A stretch of 64,000 nucleotides of DNA, from assembly GCA_053919585.1 (NCBI GenBank), contig CM132795.1; one strand, 5' to 3'. Source of the DNA: Euprymna scolopes (lineage: Eukaryota). Under the pieces are notes generated by a model. The model did no database searches, was not told the DNA's origin, and saw only the letters and a list, made by a program, of their open reading frames with translations. Shown here piece by piece: positions 14,692 through 27,017 of the stretch; positions within the stretch are counted from its first letter, which is position 1, and each line of letters starts with the position of its first letter. A program made the translations under genes and the position numbers.

Positions 14692-14998
14692 GAAACGATG
14701 AACATTATGTTGGTTGACGTTACATTGAAACTTCTGCATAGCATTAAAGTAAAGGGAACTTGTAGAAGGAAATGAATTCCATTTCTAGCTGTTCAACGAA
14801 ATAAATAAGAGCAGAATCCTTTTTGGCATGTAGGGGCCTCTGTAGTGAAGGGTGTTATTTTGTTACTAAGTGGATTTTCATGGATGTGTATGTTGAGGGA
14901 GCACAAGTGTAATGAGTTAATCAGAGCATACTCCATTCAAATACTTGTAAAACAGAAACAGGGATGCTGCATTGCGGTCATGGGACAAGAGTTAGAGT

Positions 14999-15211
14999 TT
15001 AGATGACAAAATGGGACCTATTAGATCGAAAGCTTTTGGAACTAATCCAAGATGGAGAGACGTGGAAGATAAACCAGCCAGGATATGGCAACAATACTCC
15101 ATGCATAGGCGAATGATCTCCTTGTTGCTGTACAAGATACTCTTGGGTGTGAGTAGTTTTCAACTCAAGGGAAAACACCTTTTTTGCAACAACCTTCGCA
15201 ATGTCCTCCAT
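14999..15211 (-). pseudogene. Possible Gypsy integrase C-terminal relic
   Basis: PKS/YLV (across a frameshift) ... FRSNRSHF resembles the PRSYxV...RRNRxHL motif. Confidence 0.4.
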
Positions 15212-16212
15212 TATCGTTCATTCATATTGCTCGTGAATGTTAAACAAAGGAGTTTAAATTAAGAATTCTTAAGTTGTGTATAGTTGGTACTCATTACCTG
15301 TGGTCGGAGTAGCAGCTGTTAATTGCTTTTGATTCGAAATTCATATAAAAAAATGGTCCACAAACTGCAGAAGTATCAAAATATGCATACAGGTTAATAG
15401 ACGTTGTTTATAATTACTTTTACTTTAAACGTTTACGGATATCGGTATGTTTTTTTTTTTACAAAATAGTTACCATTTATCAAGGCCCGGAAGCAACTCC
15501 GGGATAAGGCTTATTGTGTATACTGTACGTTAGTGTTGGAGATTTGATAAAGTGTCTTACTTAAATAGGCGCCTCAACGGAATTTTTTGTTTTTTACATT
15601 GGACTTGAAGACATCCAGGTTTTAGTCAGGTGGGAACCAAGCAACCAGAACAGATTTCCACAGGCGAGCACTTCGAAGAAAGAAGCTTTGTTCATGGAAT
15701 CTACGTTTTGATTTTAGCACAAATAAGGAGTGGGGGAAATTTTTGACAGTGATTTCAGCTAGGCGGGTGTTTATCGTGAAAGATTGGCAAGGGGACGGGG
15801 ACCAGAGATTGGAATTCAGACGATCAGCTGCCATGGTAGTAAGGATAAAACAAAGACAGGCTTGCAACGTCTCTCCTGTGGGAGGGAGGTTTCAGGGAAG
15901 AGAAAAGGGCATCCCCGACTAGGCCACGAAGCCTATTTTGTACTCTGTCAAGGCAGAATAGGTTGTTTTTAGCAGCTCCTGCCCAGATGTCGCAGCAGTG
16001 CCCAATCCTTGAACGTACCTAGCGTTTATACAGATAGAGAATTGCATCAGGGGTGAGATATCTTCTGGAGCTGTAGAAGGATCCTACCATTTTCCCAGCG
16101 TTTTTGGCAACAGATTGATGTACGTATTCCATTTCAGATCATGGGTGAAGGTCAAGCACAGAAGGTTATAAAAACATGGAGCTTTCCCTAGACGAGAGAC
16201 GCCCATTTCAAT

Positions 16213-16848
16213 TCATGCCAGATGGGGATCAGAGCGTTGATGATGTAAAAATAGGAGCTTGGTTTTAGATGCATTAAAAGTAACCAGCCACCTCCTCCCC
16301 CCACTGTACCACGCGCTCAATATCAGAGGAAAGAGAATCGGAGAGAAATTTTCATTTACGGCCTTTGATGTTGTGCCATAGATGGTCGTGTAATCAGCAT
16401 AGATGTCAAAGAATGATTTAAGTATGTGTTTTGGGAGATCATTGATGTATATCAGGAAAAGAGTTGGGTCTAGGATGGCCCCCTGAGGAACCCAATCATT
16501 AATATTGAGGGCCTCTGATTTATGCCCATCGACCACTACACTTATGAGCCTATCAGAGAGAAATGATTTTATGATCGAGACAACATTTCTAGTTATACCG
16601 TAGCTGGAAATCTTGTGAAGTAGGTCCTTATGCCATACCTTATCAAAGGTCTTTGATATGCCAAGAGCAATTGCCCTAGAGAGGAAGCCTTTGTCAAGAG
16701 ATTCGCTTATCATATGATATATAACAGTTAGCACATCTGCTGTAGATCTGGCAGAACGGAAACCATATTGCATGTGACTAAGAAGGTTATTTCTTCTGAG
16801 GTAATTGACTACTTCTCTATTTAATTTGGATTTCAGCAGCTTACTCAT
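16213..16848 (-). pseudogene. Reverse transcriptase domain of the LINE
   Basis: 211-aa ORF with RT motifs; the catalytic YADD is altered to YADY. Confidence 0.9.
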
Positions 16849-17511
16849 GACACACAGGAGACTTATTGGTCCGTACTGAGAGGGAGAGGACTTATCATCT
16901 GAATTCTTAAATACAGGGCATACTGATTAGGTTTTCCAGGGTGTTGGGAAGCACTTCTCTTTAAGGCAACGCTTAAAGTGTGTTGTAAGTATGGGGGCAA
17001 GTTCTGGGTGAAGCTTTTTCAGCACAATGATTTGAATGCCGTCAGGACCAGTTGCTTTACTGAAATCAAGGTTCTTTATAAGCTTGGCGACATCACGCAC
17101 ATATATTTGTATGTTGCAGAGCTTGTTATCCGTTATAGGAGGAAATACGGAGAGTTGATGGCCTTCTTCGCTTACGGTAGACTTAGCTATTGGAAAAAAA
17201 GTTCGGCCTTATCTGATGCTGACTAGATGACCTCAGGTCCATTGATTATGGTTGGGATAGAACGCACCCTTCTGTTCAGGATCCTGTTTGCTATCATGTT
17301 GGTAGTTATGGAAAAAGTGATTTTTGTGCGCGATGACAGCAGCACATTCTGGGGAGAACCATGTCTGGCTGTTAGGTTTTTGTTGGAATTTTTTGGATGG
17401 CATAAATCGGTCTATGCCTCCAATTAGCATTCGCTCAGGTCTTATAATATGGAGGGCACAGCCTTTTTAAACATGGAATGCAGTGGTAGATCGGATATTA
17501 GTGTTCGGAAG

Positions 17512-18327
17512 CTATCCCGGTAGAGTATCGATATACAATAAGGTGGAGAGATACATCTCCAGACTTATTGCATTTCGTTTTTTTATCTTAACTGATACAA
17601 CTGCGTGGTCGGAAGATCCCAGAGGAGACAGAAAGGAACCGGAACATAGCTCAGGGAAAGTTGTGAGAAAAAGGTCTAGAAGGCTAGCATACTGACCGGA
17701 AGTATCGGGCACTCGGGTGGATTCGTGGACAATCTAGGTGAGGTCAGAGGAAATGGCAAACGCATGACAGAACCTCCTCTCATCATCTGTCTTGTTAGAG
17801 TGGGTCAACCATTCCGCATTGTGGACATTGAAGTGTCCACAAATGTGGATGTTAGCTGAAGGGTGAGCACACAGGATATGGTCAATTTTTTCAGATATGT
17901 TATTAAGGATAGTAACTCCGCTGTTGTGGGAGCGATAGAGAGCAAATATAAATGCAGTGGTGTAAGCAAGTGCAACCCGAAAGCACATATAAGATAAATC
18001 ATGGCCTTCTCTGGAGATATCCCTACCACACGGAAAGCCGTCTTTAATGTAGGCACATATTCCATGTCCATGGCGATCTTGGGGGTCACATGTAGATGTT
18101 AAGTTAGAGTATCTATTAATTATGAATGCGTCAAGGGAAGTGGTCGGTCTAATGCCGGTTTCGTTTAGTAAGAATATGTCTGGTTTCGTCTCCTGTAATT
18201 GGGTATCAACCTCTGGAAGGTTGGAACGGAGACCCCTGATGTTGGAGAAGGAGACCTGATAGTAGGGGTCTACGTTGGAGGATGGGGTTCTAGGTTTACA
18301 CGTGTTATTTTTCTGGAGGTATTTCAT
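17512..18327 (-). pseudogene. Apurinic-like endonuclease domain of the LINE
   Basis: ORFs 17734-18426 and 17512-17712 carry APE motifs in the correct order; likely start is MKYLQK at 18327. Confidence 0.85.
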
Positions 18328-19033
18328 GTTGAAGATTGGAATTTGTGGAACAGGTCGACAGACTTTGTTAGAGCAGGACAGACGGAGAAGGTAAGAGAGA
18401 AAAATGGCAATACAGCTATATATCATTATGTATTCATTAATCTTAGTGTTATATAATTTTCTAGGGTGAATTTATAAAAAATATGATAAGTTGTTTTTAT
18501 TTTATAGAATTTGAACAACAAAAAAAGAACGAAATCTGCTGAAGAAAAAAAAATTGTGATGGGGTGCTTCTACAGAATTTGAACCGAGGTTTGATGATAT
18601 TTTGCTTATTTTTTTTTAGAGCAACGTACACATAATGTAAAACTGGTTCAAAATTTGTTTGGTTCGATTAAATTCTGTAGCAGCATCTAAAATTTATTTT
18701 TATTAATTGGAGTACTATTCCGATGTAAGCTGTGATATTTGAAACAATTCAGCGAATACTTCAACGTTACGTGCTCGAGCGAATCTTTTAAAGAATCTAC
18801 TATTTCTACGGCAATCGATACATAATTATAAACCGAACCATTATCTTTCTATTTTGGAACAAGCTCCTTCCTAGATGATCCATTAGAAGAACTGGCAAAA
18901 CCATGTAAGGATAATGACCAAGATAATGATGATATTCCGAACAATTATAAACGTTTAACATACCCAATATTAAACATAATAAAATTACTATTGAATCGCA
19001 CCTCGCATAGCACATTCTCCCATTTCATCTAAA

Positions 19034-20505
19034 TCTATATATATAAAAGCGAAAATGTGTATGTGTGTATGTTCGCTTTCTGTGAATGTCCAAGGAAGGT
19101 TTTTTTTCCGAGAAGCGATCGGTCGGTTCACTTCTTCTTAAAACTGTTTATATCACGTCTTAGTCATAATATCTACGAGTTAAAGACGAGAGTTGCCTAT
19201 TTAATTTTCCCGGGTTTGGAAAGCTAAATATGCAATATTTTTCGATCGCCGCGTGTGAATTGGACTTTTTCGTATAATAATAAAAGCGAAACGGAGCTTA
19301 AGACATCGTTCCCCCTGCGATCGCCGGGGACGTCCAAAAGCAACCAGCTTTGATCAATGTGGAGTTCCTCCTTATATCAGACAATTGCTATTGAATTTGG
19401 ACAATCCCCTTTTTAAGGGGAGCTGGTTTCCCCCAACATCTTGGGGGAAAAATAAAAAAGCTCCACTGCAGTAAATAAAATACGGCCCCTTAGTCCAAGT
19501 TGACCTCATTAAGTCATTAAGTACGGCCACCTGCCAATTCTTAATACTTAAATAAATTCAACCATGTTCACGTTACTGTTTCGAGGTGGCCAAGTGATTA
19601 ACATCGCACGCTTTAAACCCCTTCGGGGGTCCGGGCGACAGGATCAAAGTGTAGTATTTGTTCCGGCAGATGCTGCAAGCTATGACTAGCAAAGACCAGA
19701 TGTGGGGGAAAACCCACATGCCTGACCTTTAACCAGCTCCCATTTCCCACCTCTCGGGAGCTGGTCCCCTTTTCCCTTCCCCCTCCCTTTACTCCTCACA
19801 TTAAAAATTGGCCTTGTGCCTAATTTGCTCGGTGGGGGAGCAAATAAATACCATCTGTTCCGGCAGATACTGCAAGCTATGACTAGCTATGACTAGCAAA
19901 GACCAGATGTGGGGGCAACCCCACATGCCTGACCTTTAACCAGCTCCCATTTCCCACCTCTCGGGAGCTGGTCCCCTATTTCCCTTCCCCCTCCCTTCAC
20001 TCCTCACATTAAAAATTGGCCTTGTGCCTAATTTGCTCGGTGGGGGAGCAAATAAATACCATCTGTTCCGGCAGATGCTGCAAGCAAATACCAGCTATGA
20101 CTAGCAAAGACCATATGTGGGGGTAACCCCACATATCTGAACTTGGTCAAGGTAGGGATCACCCTACGACCACAGTTACTATCCAGCTCCCATTTCCCAC
20201 CTCTCGGGAGCAGGATCCCCCTTCCCCCTCCCTCTCTCTCCACATTAAAAAACGGCCTTGCGCCTAATTTGCTCAGTGGGGCAAATAAATACAACATCGC
20301 ACGCTTTTTTTCACACTTTAATTTCCAACTTCGCCATAAGGGTTCGAGTTCGATACTTAATACTTACCTAGGAAATTTTTATTATTTATCACCCCCCTCT
20401 GACACAATCACCCGCGCAACGATTTTTTATTATTCTTTTGTTTTGATTTACCCAGAACCACACACACTTCCAAACACCCGGGAAAATCCAGGTACCCCCC
20501 GCTAG
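19034..20505 (+). mobile_element. Non-autonomous Helitron with a nested insertion
   Basis: 5' end A|TCTATATATATAAAAG; 3' end CCGGGAAAATCCAGG hairpin followed by CTAG|T; no TSD. Confidence 0.8.
19615..20292. repeat. Retroposed insertion made of three structured ~200-230 bp tandem units
   Basis: Units start at 19656, 19853 and 20061; perfect 15-bp TSD AACATCGCACGCTTT (19600-19614 and 20293-20307). Confidence 0.85.
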
Positions 20506-22209
20506 TATTAAATAAATAAAGGTGCCGTAAGAACTGCATTTACTTCGAAATTCATATCCCAAAAATAACATTCAGAAAGACAAGACTAAAAAAAAAAAAT
20601 ATCGATTTCTTTTACGCTTGAAGTTTGTCTAATTTTAAAAATTACAAAAAATATAGAAATAAACAGAAAATACGTTATCAATGTAATTTCTGCTAATGTT
20701 TTTTAAGGATTTTTTTTCATAATTTTAGTGTTTTATACTATACAGTCAGTTCAATGTTGTTTATTCTAGTTCATAGTCCGTACTAATTTCGCTCTAGTTT
20801 ACTTATGAGCGGAAAGATTTATAACTGTCTAAATACTAGCACAACACTTTAATTATTTTACGGATTTATTTTTTAAACTAAGAAAACAGATATATTGATA
20901 CTCAATAACTAATTTTAATCAGTTCAGAAGGATATATTCCTAGAGCTTTCGATTGGAACAATTATTAATTGTTTTTTTTTGTAATAGAGAACACGATGTA
21001 TAAAATCCGAAAATATTTATGGTTGCATTTTCACTAAATCAACCGTAGACGGCAACGCAAATTTCGTAGTTGCTGAGGTGAAAATATATCCACCTATTAG
21101 AGTATGAGTTGTTCTAAGGGCCGAAATGATCCGGTTTATTTTGAGTTAGATTTTATACACGTATATTATATAATAGTATGAGGAAGTATAGTAATTATGA
21201 CCTATCTGTTTTACGCAATACATATATAACTAACAACGGAGATATGCTAGCGGTATAAAATATAATGAGTTTGATAAGTTTGGTTATAGATGATCTGGCC
21301 CTCCGTACATCCGAGAGACAGACTTAACGAATTATTACCTTATGAAATGCATTTAATGAAATATTAATTGCGCCCATCATTAAGAAGTTTTAAGATTAAT
21401 TATCCTGTCATATGAAGAATAAACAAAATAAGAATTATAATATGTTTGACACCATGTGTATGTATCTCGGTAACGCTGGTGTTTTAGGGAAATATTAATA
21501 CTTTGATACGTCTGTTTATAGCACTTTCGGCCGGTCGTACTTTAGAAAAATTGTGCTAAAATGAATATATCGAATGCATATGTTCTGTTAGTAAAATTTT
21601 GAGTGTAGGTTATCTCTATGAATAGAGAGTAAAAGTGTTTGCAACGATCATACGTTTTCTAAAAAGGGAATTTAGAACGAATTAAATGTAATAATTTTTA
21701 TATAAGAAAAAATGTTGCTTCCTATATAGTAATTCCCAGGATGATATAGGAAAAGTTGCCTAATTTTAAACCTCTTCTCTTTAGTAAAAACGTTTATATG
21801 TGCTGTCGTATATCAACCTTTTTTCCTCCCTGTATTTTTAAGTAGTTACTTCAGTAATATAATGTATGGTAAGTAGATCAGTCGTCATTAAAAGTACAAA
21901 TATCTATTACGCTTCCATTGCAATGGACGCTTACTAACACAACAATAATATTTAGCTAGATATCTGAATTGAATTTTGTAGAAGAAATGTGCATTGCTGA
22001 TAATGAGAAGGGAAACGTGGAAGCAAGGGAAGGTAAAAAATATATACATCCAACCATGTAGGTGAACATGACAGGTACAAATGTGTGTGAGTTCTAGAGG
22101 CAGACAGAAGCGCAGCAACATAAATGGGAATAATAGTTGGTTAGGGATACATCAGAAGAAAAATAAAATATATAACATCTAATCTATACAGTATAACTTA
22201 AACGAATAA

Positions 22210-23260
22210 ACACTTGAGCAATATCACTAATGAGAAATACCGTCTTTGATAGGGTGTGCCAAAGAGGAACTGCGCTATTTCGACTAGAAGCGCAGGAAAC
22301 TTACGACCATGTACAATGCACTACAGCCCAGCGATGATGATGAGTGAATCTACGTGAAGGGAAAAGTCGGAGAAAGGGGACTAGTTAGCATAGAAGATTG
22401 TGTGGTTAATACAAAAAAAGGAATAAGGACAATGCATTATGCAGAACACTGAGAGAATAATTGCTGCAGTAAGAGACATTAAAGGACAGAGAGTCCACTT
22501 AAAAGACGAGAAAATACAAATGGAACGAGAAAAATCAGCAGGAGCGATTCATAAACATGACAAAAGATGAGACTAACTGCTACACTTAGACATAGTTAAA
22601 ACAAATCTAAACAGAGAAACTGAATAAAAGTTTCACAAGATAGCGTGATAAAAAAAGCAGATATAAGCAAAGATATACAGGATACACAAACAGCATCTGT
22701 AGACTCAGTGGCAAAAAGACTAAACAATCAACCACATAGTAAAAGAATAGAGCAACATAGATAATAATAAAAAAGAATAAAATTAGACAGGATACTGTGG
22801 GAAAGGCAGTAAACTAGGAATTATGCAGATAATTGCATCTTAAACACTCAACCAAATGGTATAAGAGCAATCCGGCAGCAGTAATTAAAAAACGAAAATC
22901 ATAAAATCCTAGGGACAAGCAAATAAATAAGCAGACCGGAAGTAATATTATTTACTAAGAAGAAAAATAATGCCAGATCGTATACATTGCCGTTCTTACG
23001 GACCACAGAATTTCAAGGAGATACGGACTCGAAACGAATACACAAAACTATCCAGAGAGTTCAAATGGATATGGAATATGGAGAAAGTCGCGATAACATC
23101 AATAATAGTAGGGGCACTAAAAACGTATCGAAAAACATTGATAAAAGAATGCAAGAGATTGAAATCATAGGCATGGATGAGGAGATACAACGGATAACAA
23201 TAATAGAAACGGCTGAAAAATTGAGGAAAGCCAAAGAATTAAAAAAAAATACACATGAAC
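22210..23260 (+). mobile_element. Degenerate RLE-type non-LTR retrotransposon 3' part (R4/Dong-like)
   Basis: IYVKGKVGERGLVSIEDCV motif near 22350; relic CRLxGxK zinc knuckle near 22700; C-terminal YTKLSREFKWIWNMEKVAITSIIVGAL. Confidence 0.75.
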
Positions 23261-23971
23261 TGCAGGCGCTACACGGAAATATAGAAACTTTTACAGAAGT
23301 AAACCACAAATAAACGACATGTTTAATCAAGAAAAATGAAACTGCAAGATTGTAATTTACCGTCTCTCCAAAAAAGAAACCGATATCACACCGAATAATT
23401 AAGGACGGTCTAAGATGTAAACTTGGAGGAAATAGAGCACTAGTCAGACCTCTGTTGAGTTATTGCAAATGTAACTTCTCGTTGAGGAGGATTATTTCCA
23501 CAAAAAATCCAGTGAGAACCAATACGTGGAAACAGTGAAAATAAATGGTAGTCGACTGTTGCGATAACGCAAATTAGAGTACAAATTCTATCGAAAGACG
23601 TGAAGAGTAATAATACATTTCGCTAGACGTGTTATCACTTAGACTCCAGGGACAACACAGGTTGTTCTCGAAAGGAAATATTTGATGATAGACTGTGNNN
23701 NNNNNNNNNNNNNNNNNNNNNNNNNNNNNNNNNNNNNNNNNNNNNNNNNNNNNNNNNNNNNNNNNNNNNNNNNNNNNNNNNNNNNNNNNNNNNNNNNNNN
23801 NNNNNNNNNNNNNNNNNNNNNNNNNNNNNNNNNNNNNNNNNNNNNNNNNNNNNNNNNNNNNNNNNNNNNCGTATAAAACATATGGTTTTGACTAATACAT
23901 TTTTAAACAGGGAGAGCTACACGTTTATTTCACCTTTTGTTTTACCTAGTATTATAAAGTTCATGAACATA

Positions 23972-24599
23972 CTAGCTGGATGCCCGGCATTGCGCGGTCG
24001 TATAATACGCTAAAACATATTTTAATTTATGCAGAATGCGTGTGAATGTATTATCGAATCAATCCTCTTTTAAATAGTATATATATATATTACGAGGAAG
24101 AATTTTTCCGGTGGACTAATTCGCAAAAAAAAAAAAAAAAAAAAAAATGGATAAATAAATAAATAAATAAAATAAATAAAAATTAAAATAGTAGTGATGA
24201 TGTTGATCAAATTCCGCCTGTTTTTCTTTGCAATATTACGTCAACTAATATTTGGGCGTGTCAATCTTTAAATTTAGACTTCTCCACTTTTAGAGAAAAA
24301 ATATAAACTAATGCGCGGAATATTTTACGTTACACCGACTAAGTTTACACTGGTGTAACGTGAAATATTTCTCTGTAAAAATATGATTTAATCTACAAAA
24401 ATGGAAGGACCATTTTTTTAAATCGGATTTTGTCGATTTTCGATTATTATCAGATTAATTTCCATACAAAACATAGCTAAGCACACTGCCAGCAATATAC
24501 ATTACCTTTGTGTGACATTTGCAAAAGATAATCTCAGCGGTTTCGAAACCTATAAGGAATGGACTCACATACAAACTCACTTTAATATTTAAGTAGAGA
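23972..24599 (-). mobile_element. Complete non-autonomous Helitron (628 bp)
   Basis: Minus strand begins A|TCTCTACTTAAATATTAAAG and ends CCGCGCAATGCCGG hairpin...CTAG|T. Internal palindrome at about 24319-24369. Related 3' ends at about 36815-36850, 44930-44980 and 51845-51895. Confidence 0.8.
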
Positions 24600-24907
24600 T
24601 AAAAAAATCTTTTATTTATTTATGGAACTTACCTATTGAAAGATGTCATTAATATCAAAGTTGTATATGATAATCTCACATCAAATGCCTATATGAAACA
24701 TTGATAAGAAATACACGCAAATCTTACGAATATGTATGTCAGCTAAAACATCATATCATATATTGCCATTAAGATATTAACACTTACGGTATATTAGTTG
24801 AGAATTATCTTTGTTTTCGGTTCGACGGTTGTAGCCAGAATCTTTTTTCTATATCATTCTCTCTCTCTCTGCCTTTCTCTCTCTCTCCATCTCTCTCTCT
24901 CTCTCTT

Positions 24908-24938
<31 letters not shown>

Positions 24939-25153
24939 TTGCTTATTTGAAAGTAGGTCATCAATCGCTGTCAACATGAAAGCCGCATATTCGTACAAAC
25001 AATGTGATTATAACTGTTGATAATTTAGGAAAATTAAAAATAGCAAATAGTTGATAGGTTGGATGCATAGTGTTTAGAGTATTTGCTCGTAAGATAATTG
25101 GGAAGCTTGCACGGAATAATAGATTTCCAGAGATAATGGTGCATTATCATATG

Positions 25154-25220
<67 letters not shown>

Positions 25221-25376
25221 CTGTGTCTGTGTGAAGGTCGTTGTTTGACAATCAGCAAGAATGCATACTCTTTACAATTATATGAAGATACCCAAATAGG
25301 TAAATAAAGACATTCATATATGCATACGTATTTAAATATAAAACGCGTTATGTTTTTCAAATGAAATAAGAATGTA

Positions 25377-25431
<55 letters not shown>

Positions 25432-26059
25432 GTATATATATATATATATTGGTCTCTACTATTATATTAAAGCCACTTTGTTTTTGTGTGAAAGTTTCTT
25501 CCTTATATGTTCCGAAACGAATGAGCCTCTCTTTTGAAAATTGCACTTAAAGGTAATTCAAATTCCGGAGTTTTCTTGTACAGAAATTCGTACGCTAATT
25601 ACCGAAAAGCGAAATAAAAAAAAAGATTTCCTTAGTTAAGTGTTTTCCCATTTCAGATAAAAATGAATCGTACAGGAGATATTTAATTAATTAACCCACC
25701 AGGCTAATTATTCATCGTAATATATAATATTCAATAGCGGATTGATTCTATAACGCAATCTGCATAAATTTAAAATATCATGTTTAAGCGTATTCTTGAT
25801 GTTGATAATTTTTCCTTTAAATCAGTCAATTTATACAATTCTTGACAGTATGTGTTTCGTAGTTCAAAATCAATCACTTAATTATTATTTAAATTAATGG
25901 ATCTAGTATTCCCTGAACTTATTAGAAGAAATAGCAACAATCAATCCGTCAAATTGAATTAAAATGTGATTTGATATGCTAAAAATCCGAAAATTGGAAG
26001 ATTAGCTGCTGTTACATTTATATTTTTCCATTACTCCATATTGAATTTTACCAAAGTCA

Positions 26060-26700
26060 TTAAACAACTATTCGTACTTACAATTTTGATTAATTCATGA
26101 AATTTCTACGTAAATGTTCTATTACATAATTAGTAAATTTATTAATTGTAAGTTATGTATCCATACCATAAAATAATATCAGCATATAAAATATTATATA
26201 TATATGTTTGTATATACGAAACTAAACAAAGCTATAAAAACAACAATTCATACTAACAATTTTAATTTATTCATGAATCTTCTACCAAATCAGCAAATTA
26301 TAAAATATTATATATGTCTGCTTACGATACTAAACTAAGCTACAAGATAAACAAAACCCAACTATTTGTACTAACAATTTTAATTAATTTATGAATCTTC
26401 TACCAAAATGTTCTATTAAATAATTAGTAAACTTATTAAATTTATTCATACATACTTATGAAAATAAAATCAGCAAGTTATAAAATATTATATATGTTTT
26501 ATATACGAATCTAAACTAAGCTACAAAAGAAAGAAAAAGCAACTGTTCGTACTTACGATTTTAATAAAGTCATACATATTCTACTAACAAGTTCTATTTA
26601 ATAGTTACTAAATTTATTAATTCTAAGTTATGTATAAATATTATGGAAATAATATCAGCAAATTATAAAATATTATATATGTTTGTATATATGAAACTGA
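26060..26700. repeat. Degenerate AT-rich tandem repeat
   Basis: ATCAGCA..TATAAAATATTATATATG recurs at about 26178, 26289, 26469 and 26654. Confidence 0.7.
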
Positions 26701-27017
26701 ACTAATTCAGTTATCGTAATAAACAATTTATCCGAATTGAAGACGAAACATTAATCAAACCTATTAGCTATTACAATCAAACATATCAATACTTATAATT
26801 ATAATTTTTAATATCATACAATTTAAGAACTATACTCACGTTTATAATAATCTGAAAATTATTTTATATCGTGATTGCCCATAATGAAATTAACTTAATA
26901 AATGCGGCAGAGTTAATGCCTTGGAACAAATCTTCTGAAATAAACGCTGCTTATATTTATTAATTTTTCACAACGCATGGACATCCATATTAAACTAATA
27001 ATAAATTTTACATTTTA

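Larger units (their letters stand above)
15451..18419 (-). mobile_element. CR1-group (Zenon-like) LINE, apparently near full length, single APE-RT ORF broken by stops and frameshifts
   Basis: APE motifs NIRGLRSNL, LNET, ALYRS, GHFNVHN, GSSDHAVV. RT motifs QYGFRSARST, KTFDKVWH, VPQGAILDPTLFLIYINDL, YADYT. C-terminal SFFLRSARLWKS..FP. A-tail at 15451-15460. Imperfect direct repeat ATATCGGTATGT (15439-15450) / ATATCATTATGT (18420-18431). Confidence 0.9.
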
